The translations under genes were made by a program, and so were the position numbers. A DNA stretch of 64,000 nt from Eledone cirrhosa. Taxonomy: Eukaryota. Positions 53,577 through 64,000 of the stretch are shown here, one piece after another. Position 1 is the first letter of the stretch. Every line of letters begins with the position of its first letter. Under the pieces are notes generated by a model. The model was given only the letters and a program-made list of their open reading frames with translations. It made no database searches and was not told the DNA's origin. The stretch is taken from assembly GCA_964016885.1 (NCBI GenBank), contig OZ024741.1:52142001-52206000 (forward strand), given 5' to 3'.

Positions 53577-55526
53577 AAAATTGAACGGGAACAAAACAGA
53601 GAGGCAGTACGAACAAATGTTTATTAGTTTCACGCTCTTGAGAATGGTGTAGTGGTGGGGGACGACGTTTTGGGCATAAGCCCTTCTTCAGGCGAAAATT
53701 GTGTGGGAAGAGAGTTCCAAGAGTGTGAAGGGGAGTGGGGGAGAGACATTTAGAAGAAAGGGGGTGAGAGGAAACGGTACAAATGAAAATAAATATAAAA
53801 GCATAATAAAATTAAAAATAAACATGAAGTAAAACAAGTGGTGGAAGGGTGTGGGGCGTGTAGGGTGGTGGCGGGTGGAGTGGGGAGAGGGAGGCGGGGT
53901 GTCCGAGCGGGGAGGGCTGAAGGTGGTGTGTGTGTGTAGGTGTACGTGTGTGTGTGTGTGTGTGTGTGTATGTGAATGTGAGAGTTGGGGGAAGAATGGG
54001 GTTGCATGTTCAGGAAAAGGTGTGTGTGGTGTGGGGTGTAGGTCGGTGTGTGTATGCGTGTGTGGATGGGGAGGGGTCAGAGGGGTGGGGGAGGGGAGGA
54101 GAGGATTCCGGAGGCTGAGTGTGTAAATATGTGGTGGTACGCACGTGTGTGTGGTGTTTATACGTATTATGGATATAGGTGGCGTGTGGGAAAAACATTT
54201 TTTTAGTGTATGTCCGTGGGTGAGTTCCTAAGGTAATTCCGTAGCGGATGTGGTGGGATGCCGGGTTATTTCCTTGTGATGGAGTTGATTCGTGGGAGCG
54301 ATGTCCAATGTGTGTAATCCGTGGTTGGGTTGGTCGGAAGAGGGGAGATGTGGGGTGCGCGCGCAACGGGAAGTGGTCAGAGGGTCAAGGCAGGAGGAGG
54401 GTTGTGTGTCTGTGTGTGCGAAGAGGTGGTCAGAGAGACAGGGCATAGCAGCAGTCGGGGAGAATGGCAGGTGGAGAAAGTCGGTGTGTCAGTGTGTGCG
54501 GAGGTGCGGTGGACAGGGGAGTGGATGGGTAGGTGTGAAAGGTGGAGTGAGAGGGGGGTGTATTAGTAGAGGTGTTAGTGGGATGTGTGTGTGAGAAGGG
54601 GTGTGGGTGGAGAGGAGAGGGGGAGCGGGAGAGAAAGGTGTGGGGGATGGTGGAGGGAGTGTAGTGTACTGGTGTGTGTGTGCGTGTTTGGATGAGTGTG
54701 TATGTGGTGAAGGGGGTGTTAGTGGGTGTTAGTATACTGGTGGTGGGGAAAGGGTTGAATGCGGGTGTTAGTGGGGGTTAGTGGTGGTAGAGTGTGTAGA
54801 GTGGGTGGTGTAAGTGGGTGTGTGTGTTCGTGTGCGTGGGGTCGGGGGGTGTTAGTGGTATTAGTTGTTGGGTGGTGGGAGTGGTTGTGTGGGTGTGAGG
54901 GTTAATGGTGGTAGTAGGGTGTGTGGTTAGTGTGAGTGCGTGTATATATGTACCGGTGGGAGGGGGAGAAGAAAGGAGGGATGTTAGTATTGTTAGTTGG
55001 GGAAGGGTGGTCGGGTGTGGGGTGGGGGTGTTAGTATTGTTAGTTGTGGGGTGGGCGGTGAAAAGGAAGGGTGTGTTAGTGGTGTTAGTGGGGGATATGT
55101 GTGTGTGGGAGGGGGGGGCATGGCGGTCGAAGGCTAAAGGAATATGGGTGGGGAGTTCAGGCCAGGGGGAGTGTGGGTCTGTATATATACATATATAAAT
55201 ATATGTATTTGCTCACATCTCACACACATCAACACGGTCTGTACCTCTCTCGCTCATGAAATCCACCCAGATTATGCTGACCGGACAACCATTTGTTTAT
55301 TTTCCTATCTTCGGTTTGCTTTTATCCTTCTATGTTGTTTACTTGTCCCCCTCGCCTTACGCGAATTCTGGTCCCAATAACATTTTTTAGTTATTGCTCG
55401 CACCAACCTGAGATATCTGATTTTTAATGCGATGATAACCAATGATGGTTGGAAAATCACTGGCGAAGGACTATTTTTATCATATGTAACCCATGTGCAA
55501 ACCAAGCAGTATTCTTCTTTCTTCTC

Positions 55527-55621
<95 letters not shown>

Positions 55622-55789
55622 ATTCTTTTATGTTTTGCGATGACATCCTCTTTCCGCTTGATGGCAGTGTGAGATTTCTCATTGTGAGACTGCTGGAATT
55701 TCAAATTTGGCGGTCATTCTAGCACGGAGGGGTATCGTCGCTGAACATTAATATCGGTAAAGTTTTTTTATATCGATATTTGTCGGGCA

Positions 55790-55911
55790 TCCACTGATGA
55801 TTTATACGTGCCCACCTACATATATTCCTACGGACTATGTGTAGGCTTCTACATAACCTGGACATTATTTTCCCAATTTGTAGAAAACTTATAATGAAAC
55901 GATCGTTTGGA
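55790..55911 (+). ncRNA. Hammerhead motif with branched ~95-nt stem II domain
   Basis: tcca-CTGATGA-t-ttata...[cctacatat/atgtgtagg][ttctaca/tgtagaa]...tataa-t-GAAA-cgatcg-TT-tgga. Confidence 0.62.
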
Positions 55912-56088
55912 AAGAGAGATGTATTTTAATTATGTCTCATATAAAATAATACAACTGGCTATCCGCAAAATACGTATAGTTAGCACCCCAAACGTATAAT
56001 TGGGATTATACTAAGGTATATCCTAATGTTTGTTGAGTGAGACGGAAGCTGGTCGGAGTATTGCTTAAAGCATTCTCTGTTAATGTAT

Positions 56089-56217
<129 letters not shown>

Positions 56218-56223
56218 TATATG

Positions 56224-56294
<71 letters not shown>

Positions 56295-56389
56295 TATTAG
56301 TACAGATTAAAGTTTAAGCAAAGAATTTTCTGATTTTGGTCTTCGTATTTATTATTACTATATAAATAAATAAATAAATAATCCCTTGA

Positions 56390-56803
56390 AGAGTTACACA
56401 CGTGGTTTTACCACTACATACCACTGCGTGATTCTGGATGCTGGCGTAGAACAAAATACCTGTTGACGAAGTGACAGCCTTTTTCTATCATCATACGAAA
56501 AGCTTATTATTTTAAGCAGGCAGTATAATTGATTTAGGCGTCGCAGAAACCCTGTACTGGATGATACCATCTTTTCCAAGGATCCGGGTAAATATTCAAT
56601 TATTTTGTTTGACCTGTTTGGCTTGCCTCGTCCTTTTGGCTTAGGTGGTTGATGGCTTCTTGACCGCCTTCTCAGTTTGTTTGGCCTCTTTAACCTATGT
56701 TTATTGCTCTGGTCTTTATTTGGTCCATGGAGCGCTTGCCAGCATAACTCGGATATTGCGTTTCGCTTTGTTTTCGACCACAGCCGAAATACGAATCTCG
56801 TTG

Positions 56804-56808
<5 letters not shown>
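56390..56808 (+). mobile_element. Dispersed repeat ending in (TA)n (second copy ~38278-38568)
   Basis: Shared gtcgcagaaaccctgtactgga...ttttggcttaggtggtt...catggagcg blocks. Confidence 0.75.
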
Positions 56809-56863
<55 letters not shown>

Positions 56864-56879
56864 TAGGGTATAAGCATTT

Positions 56880-57457
56880 TCATGAATCTGGTGTAATGAG
56901 CGAAAGAATACGATCGCGAATGCAAGAGGCCCAAATGAGGTTCCTCGAAGGGTTTTGGAGTAACGTTATTCAATAGAGTACGTAGCTCGGATATCAGACA
57001 GTCACTCTAGGTATATCAGCTATTTCTCCGAATTGAAAGATCACAGCTTCGATTCTATGGGCATGTGGTTAGAATGTCTCAGGAAAGAATCGCTGGACAA
57101 ATATTACGGTCAAAACCTACAGGTAGCAGGCCCAGTGATAGACCTCGAGCAAGATGGTTTGATGACATCCAGGAGCTCGGCTGGTCACTCTCGGGTATCC
57201 AGTTGGATCCGGTGGAGGAGGTTGCTTATGACAGGACCTACTGGAAGGAGTGTTTGAGGACGTTTCCCCAACGTCACTATCAGTAATAAGTGGGCGAAGA
57301 AGAAGAAGAAGAAGACGAAGAAGACGAAGAAGAAGAAGAAGAAGAAGAAGAAGAAGAAGAAGAAGAAGAAGAAGAAGAAGAAGAAGAAGAAGAAGAAGAA
57401 GAAGAAGAAGAAGAAGAAGAAGAAGAAGAAGAAGAAGAAGAAGAAGAAGAAGAAGAA
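56880..57457 (+). mobile_element. RTE-clade LINE 3' fragment with (GAA)n tail
   Basis: QEAQMRFL, IERSQLRFYGHVVRMSQERI...GSRPSDRPRARW. Confidence 0.82.
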
Positions 57458-57459
57458 AA

Positions 57460-58070
57460 TGGTGGAAGAGAGAAGGAAGAAATAGGTTGTGATTCATGGT
57501 GAAGAGAGGAATAAGAAGGAGGTAAAGGATAGGAAGGGAGGAATGGAAGGAAGGGAGGGAAGGGGAAGAAGGAGAAGAAGGGGGAAGAGGAGTAGGGGAG
57601 TGAAAAGAGGAAAGGGAGGCAGGGGAGAAAGGGGAGGAATGAAAGGAACGGGTGGAAAGCGGGAGGGGAGGAATGGGTGAAAGGGGGAGGGGGGAAGGGG
57701 AGGACGGGAAGAAAGGGGAATAAAGGGGAGAAAGGGAGGAATGGAAGGAAGGCGAGGAAGGGGAGAAAAGGAAGAATGGAAGGCAGGGGAGGAAAGGGAG
57801 GAATGAATGGAAGGGGAAGGGGAGGAAGGGAATAAAGGGAATAACGAGGAGAAAGGGAGGAATGGAAGGAAGGGGAGGAAGGGAAGGAAGGGAGGAAGGG
57901 AAGGCAGAGGAGGAAAGGTAGGAATGGATGGAAGGGGGAAGGAGAGGAAGCGAATAAAGGGAATAACGGGGAGAAAGGGAGGAATGAGAGGAAGGAGGGA
58001 AGGCGAGGAAGAAGAAGGAGAGAAAGGGGAGGTAGGGGAGCAATGGGTGTAGGGGAGGGAGGGGTAGGAG
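57460..58070. repeat. Polypurine (GGAA/GGGA) low-complexity tract
   Basis: Directly visible. Confidence 0.9.
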
Positions 58071-58134
58071 GACTCCTTGCTCTCCTTACTCTCCTTACCT
58101 TTCTAATTCTCATTACCCTCCTTACCCTCCTTAC

Positions 58135-58880
58135 CAAGGACCAGTGTCGAGAATCGCGACTGGCCGTCGAGGTAGGAACTGAAGTCCACCACTTTCTTCG
58201 ACCTTTCACTCTCCCCGAACAGTCGTGCTAAGTCCTGGCGAAAAGCTGCATACATCTACTTGGAATAGACCAGCACGCGCCCGTCCCCGTCCATTAAAGA
58301 AAGAATTGTGGTTTTGATAACACGCTGAGCCTCATCCACTCGGGCCCATCGAACATCTTTCGTCCCTCGTTACTGACTCATTAACTGCTTAATGAACACA
58401 ACCACAAGGATATGGTCCGAACGTGGAAGAGCCGAACTCTCACTGACATCGCCTCCATCTCTCTCGCACTCCCCATCTCTATGTATGGGGAGCAAATGGG
58501 GTCCCAAGTGCTGGCCTCCCCACAGCCGCGGTGGAGAGAATGAGAAGGCGTTTCCCCGGAGGATGGTAAAGGGAGATGCACTGGAAGAGCCATTCCAACT
58601 GGCCAGCTCAACGCCTATGGTGGTGAAAAGGGAGGTAGCCCTAGAGCCAAGGACACCAGAGGTCTCCTCTGCCAAGGGCACGACCGCGAACCTGCCGGAG
58701 AGCAACCGGTACTTGGAGAGTTTGGCCTCCTCAGCCCGACGTGCAGCAGAACCTGCACGCGTCATAGCTCTGACAATGCCACCTTCGTGATTCACATTGA
58801 AGAAATGGCCTAGTGCCATTCTCCCGGCCGGCTGCAATGCCACTTTTAATCGCCTCTTCTAATTCAGCTACTCACTGCCC
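58135..58880 (-). pseudogene. Tx1 ORF2 fragment interrupted by a CRE 3' fragment (~58378-58755)
   Basis: FFNVNHEGGIVRA | EGTKDVRWARV are Tx1; AEEAKLSKYRLLSGRFAVVPLAEETSGVLG matches 42330-42450. Confidence 0.8.
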
Positions 58881-58933
58881 CTTATTTCTGTTTGTTTATA
58901 TCGCTACTTCTATATATTTAATATCACAATCAC

Positions 58934-58977
<44 letters not shown>

Positions 58978-59012
58978 ACATCATCATCACCATCATCATC
59001 ATCATTACCACC

Positions 59013-59046
<34 letters not shown>

Positions 59047-59118
59047 CCACCATCATCAACACCATCATCAACATCATCATCATCATCATCAACATCATCA
59101 TCCCCCTGCTCATCAGCG

Positions 59119-59150
<32 letters not shown>

Positions 59151-59519
59151 GTCATGGTCATCACAATTGGACATAACCTTAACAAATGTTAAAAAGACGA
59201 AACAGAAGAAGACAACATTTCCGTATCTTTAATCAGATTCCGTTTTAATTGGAAACAATTAATCCATAGACGAAAAGTCTAATTAAGAGTTCCACCTTTA
59301 TTCAGAAGAGGTCAGCCGTCTTGACGTTATGTGAGACAATGCTCGGCTTGTTGTGAGGTCAACAAAGCCAAGTGAGATCGGGGAAAGGTCAAGTGATATC
59401 AGGTGAAGTTGTCACCTTTTTCCATATTTTCTCAATCCCCATTCTTCCTTCTTTCTTTCTTTCCATCCTTTTTTCTCGACCTCTTTTATTCTTCTCTCTT
59501 CTTCTACCAGACCCACGTC

Positions 59520-59680
59520 AGGCGGCCAATAGGCAGTATCGTTAGAATGCTGAATAAAATGCTCTGCAGTATTTGTTCTGCTTCTCTGCGCTCTAAGTTC
59601 AAAACTTGCCGAGGTCAACTTTGCTTTTCATCCTTTCGAGATCAATATAAACGTACCTGTCCAGTACTGGGTCGATGTTT
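59520..59680 (+). mobile_element. Diverged SINE family A relative (another at ~63300-63435)
   Basis: aagttcaaaacttgccgaggtcaactttgcttttcatcctttcg...gtactgggtcgatg. Confidence 0.7.
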
Positions 59681-59860
59681 TCTATATATATTGTTCTGAC
59701 TTCCTCTCTCTCCCTCTATCTGAGTTCAGGAGAGGGATGGGACTCCTCCAAGTTTAAAATGCCCAAGACACGTTATATGTCACTAAGGCGCCCCTACGGC
59801 TTCGTTATGTGCTACAGGTCCCATACATACATACATATATACATACATATATACATATGA

Positions 59861-60205
59861 TGGCTGCCCCCACCTTATCGAGTATGGCCATTGCACGGTA
59901 TAACATTATTAATAATTATCAATTGATGCTATCGTGCAATGCTTGAACGTGAACATTTTTTAAGTGAGGAAAGACTGTGCACTGAGCCAATCCCACTCTC
60001 TGAGCGACAGTAGCTGTAACCCTAAAAAGAGAAAAGATTAACATCATTGGTAACTACTAAGCCGTAGGTTTTATGTCTGAGTTATCCCAGTTTCCTGAGT
60101 TGCCTTCGCCTAGAAGAATGCCCTGACAAAGGCTAGTGGTCCTTCGCTCCCAGTGGTTTAACCGCGCGATCGGGTATCCAGCCCGATTATTTCTATGTCC
60201 CCGCG
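59861..60205 (-). mobile_element. Shorter relative of the (TATG)n-associated retroposon
   Basis: Shares cactgggag...tagcctttgtca.ggca...tctagg.gaagg.aactc, ccaatgatgtt, gagagtggga and the ggcagcca end. Confidence 0.7.
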
Positions 60206-60537
60206 CATATACATACATATGCATACATGCATATACATATATACACACATATATATATATACATATACATATGTATATACATATACATATGTATATACAT
60301 ATACATATGTATATACATACTTACACATTTTTGGATGGCCGTTGCCTCTTATGAGTCTTATGGCCCTTTCTCAGGTTTTGTTTTTTTTATTCTGCAGGGT
60401 GTTCAAAATCACTCTCCTCATCAAGTTAACTTGGTGGGCTTGCCGGTTTAGTCACCGACGATCCGACCATACATATATATGTATATATGTATACATACAT
60501 ACATATATGCATGCATATACATATATGCATACATACA

Positions 60538-61800
60538 TGGTGGCTGCCAACACGTTTTTAAGTACGGCCACTACTTTATATCCATGTAGGAGAACTCCTA
60601 CCGATGCGCTGAACGAGTGTGACTTTTTAGTCCAGCCAGCGACTTGAAAACTCTGGTACAAACACTACACTTGTGACAATTATTGACACATAGTGCTGGG
60701 CCCATGGTACCATGTGACGACAAGTGCAGAGAGATCTCCAGATATAAAGCAATGCCTGTGCCGTGAAGCTTTTATAGTGAGCAAAGGCACTGCACAAAGC
60801 CAGTTCCACTCTCTTGACCAAGATGATATTTACCAAAAAGAAGAATCAGTCAACATCATTGGATACCATCAGGGTTGCAGGTGTTATATCAGAGTTTTCC
60901 TTCTCCTAGAATTCTGCCTTGACAAAGGCTAAGGGGTCATCTCTCCCGGTGATTTTGGATGGCCATTGACTCTTAAGAGCTCTTTTGCCCTTTGACAAGT
61001 TTTGTTTTTAGTCCTGCAGGATGTCCAAAGTCACCCTCCTCACCAAGAAACCTTGGTGGGGTTGCCAGTTTAGTTGCCATCGACCTGACCATGGGACAGG
61101 TTGTACTGGGATACATGTTACCAGTAGCACCAACTGGTGATCTGACATACATACATACATACATACATACATACATACATACATACATACATGGTGGCTG
61201 CCAACTCGTTTTCGAGTACGGCCACTACTTTATATCCATGTAGGAGAACCCCTACTGATGCGCTGAACGAGTGTGACTTTTTAGTCCAGCCAGCGACTTG
61301 AAAGCTCTGGTACAAACACTACACTTGTGACAATTATTGACACATAGTGCTGGGCCCATGGTACCATGTGACGACAAATGCAGAGAGATCTCCAGATATA
61401 AAGCAATGCCTGTGCCGTGAAGCTTTTATAGTGAGCAAAGGCACTGCACAAAGCCAGTCCCACTCTCTTAACCAAGATGATATTTACCAAAAAGAAGAAC
61501 AAGTCAACATCATTGGATACCATCAGGGTTGCAGGTGTTATATCAGAGTTTTCCTTCTCCTAGAATTCTGCCTTGACAAAGGCTAAGGGGTCATCTCTCC
61601 CGGTGATTTTGGATGGCCATTGACTCTTAAGAGCTCCTTTGCCTTTTGACAGGTTTTATTTTTAGTCCTGCAGGATGTCCAAAGTCACCCTCCTCACCGA
61701 GAAACCTTGGTGGGGTTGCCAGTTTAGTCGCCAACGACCCGACCATGGGACAGGTTGTACTGGAATACATGTTACCAGTAGCACCAACTGGTGACCTGAC
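60538..61800 (-). mobile_element. Two tandem copies of the ~610-bp retroposon separated by (CATA)n
   Basis: 60538-61145 and 61192-61800 are both reverse complements of 14507-15114. Confidence 0.88.
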
Positions 61801-61849
61801 ATAAATACATACATACATACATACATACATACATACATACATTAATAAA

Positions 61850-62170
61850 AAAGACCTCCTTCGGTCACGAATGACAATGGATGTTGCATATAGAAAGTTC
61901 CCTTCCGAGCCACAAGTCCGGGCACTGTGTTTTTGTGGAAGACCAGCAGTTACCAATGCATGCCAGCTTTCCCTATTTACGCCACTGATGTTGTCCAAAG
62001 GAAAGGCAAAAGGCAGCTTAACACCATCGTCGTCGCACTCATTTCTACATCTGAGTGAACTGGAGCAACGTGAAATAAAGTGTCTTGCTTAATGACACAA
62101 CGTATCGCCTGGTCTGGCAATCGAACACACAACCTTACGATTGTGGCTCCAAATTCACAAACCACGTGCC
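61850..62170 (-). mobile_element. tRNA-derived SINE family B (CORE-like)
   Basis: Minus strand has box B gtgttcgattgcc and CORE-like ttgtgtcattaagcaagacacttt. Confidence 0.7.
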
Positions 62171-62340
62171 TTCACGTTCTTACATACACATATACATACT
62201 ACACACACACATATATATATACATACACTAACATATATATATATATATATACATACACACACATATATATATATATATACATACTACACACACACACATA
62301 TACATATATATACATACATACACATATATATATACATACT

Positions 62341-62377
<37 letters not shown>

Positions 62378-62397
62378 CATTCACACACACACACATA

Positions 62398-62461
<64 letters not shown>

Positions 62462-63935
62462 CATACTACACATATATAAACATACATACACATATATACA
62501 TACTACACCGTACGTCCTGTCTTCCCCCTCCTCACGCTTATTCTTTTTACTTCCTCTTCCTTTCTCTCTTACTAATATTCGGAGCTTTATCCTTTTCATT
62601 CACGTGTTGTATTGCAGCAATATTAGATGTAGTAGTAGAAGTTGTTGTTATTTTAGTTATTGTTATTGTTGTTGTCGTTGGTGTCATTTTAGTTATTGTT
62701 ATTATTATGTTTCAGGCCACAGATCAACACTAATCAAGTAGACCTTTGTTCTGATGTTTTTCAACGGTGACCTTCCACTCATTTTTGCAGACATTACATC
62801 TGGGTCTACCTTATCAAAATGGTCTATTTTATTGTGTAAAGACGGCAATGTCGATATGAAATTTGCTTAATATTTTTAGCAAATCGAGCTGCCACGAGAG
62901 AAAGAAATGAGTTACAATGCTGTATATGAAGCCCTATCTTCCCAAGGTGTGTCTGCCCCATCCATCTGAAACTGCAGAACTCATCTGCCTTGGCTACAAG
63001 AAATGAGCACAGTTTAGAACTTTTCATTGTCTTCATAGTATTATGTTTCGTGACAAGGACCTCATCACTTTTACAAAAAAGAAGATTGGTTCAGGGAAAC
63101 CCTCATCATCTTCACAGAGAGGAGAAAAGGTGTAACGAGGTACTCCATCATGTTCACAGAAAGAAGAAAGGTTCAGAGAGGTCTTTTATCGCAATCACAG
63201 AACGTTCTCTACTCAAAATGTTACATTTCACTTCTATTTATATCACACAAGCTCATCGTATATTACGAATTTTATAGTTTCTGTTTCGAGCGAATTGACA
63301 GAGTGGCATGGGTGTCACATAGAATGCATTCTGTTATTATTTGTACAGGCTCTCTGCGCTCTCAGTTTAAATTTCGACGAAGTCATCTTTGCTTGTTTTC
63401 AGTGTCAATAAAAAAAATAGCTGTCCAGTGTTGGCGCAAACCCACTGAAGTCATATTTTCCTGGCTTCGTATCAGGATCGATAAAGAAAGTACCCGCTCA
63501 GTATTGGTGCAACCATGCTGGGGTCATCTTTGCCTGTCCTCGCTTCATGATCGATAAAATGCCTGTCTAGTATGGGTGTAATCCACACTAGACAGGCTCT
63601 TACGTCCTGGATGTTTCCTCGAGTCAAGAACAAGACGGCCAAGATAATCTCCATGTCTGTTCATGGTTACATTGGCACTTAGAACCATTAGAAAAAGAAT
63701 GGCTCATACTACTAAGTCATCTTCGATTTGCGAGAAAAGGCCATATGTTAGTTCGCTCATCTAATTTTTAACCTGCCGATAGATGGATGAATGAAAGAAG
63801 AGATGGATGGATGGATGGACGAACAGAAAGACACAATATCTTGAGTGCTTTAAACCTGACGGAGCCCATTCCCTCTTCAGGTCTGAATACAGTCAATTTC
63901 TTCTTCTTCTTCTTCTTCTTCTTCTTCTTCTTCTT

Positions 63936-63988
<53 letters not shown>

Positions 63989-64000
63989 GAGAGAGAGAGA

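Noticed and set aside
62990-63277. Possible Tc1 relic or host exon
   Set aside because: Only a GSGKP-like fragment; too little to call.

Overview
Eukaryotic, gene-poor, microsatellite-saturated DNA. The SINE types and the (TA)n/(CA)n density suggest a coleoid cephalopod such as an octopus, but this is an inference. No host protein-coding exon can be supported, and most of the ORF track is microsatellite translation. The window is a nested set of retroelements: a Penelope-like element (RT + GIY-YIG, inverted pLTR), a full-length L1/Tx1 LINE tail-to-tail with a near-full-length R4/Dong element in one (TAA)n tract, CR1, RTE and CRE fragments, a hAT relic with an 8-bp TSD, and several SINE families. 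The main hidden signal is non-coding. About a dozen well-formed type I hammerhead ribozyme (HHR) motifs, plus several decayed ones, sit in short non-autonomous units next to (TA)n tracts. These include a 457-nt tandem/inverted retrozyme-like unit and variants with long or branched stem II. All folds were done by eye and none is shown to be active.
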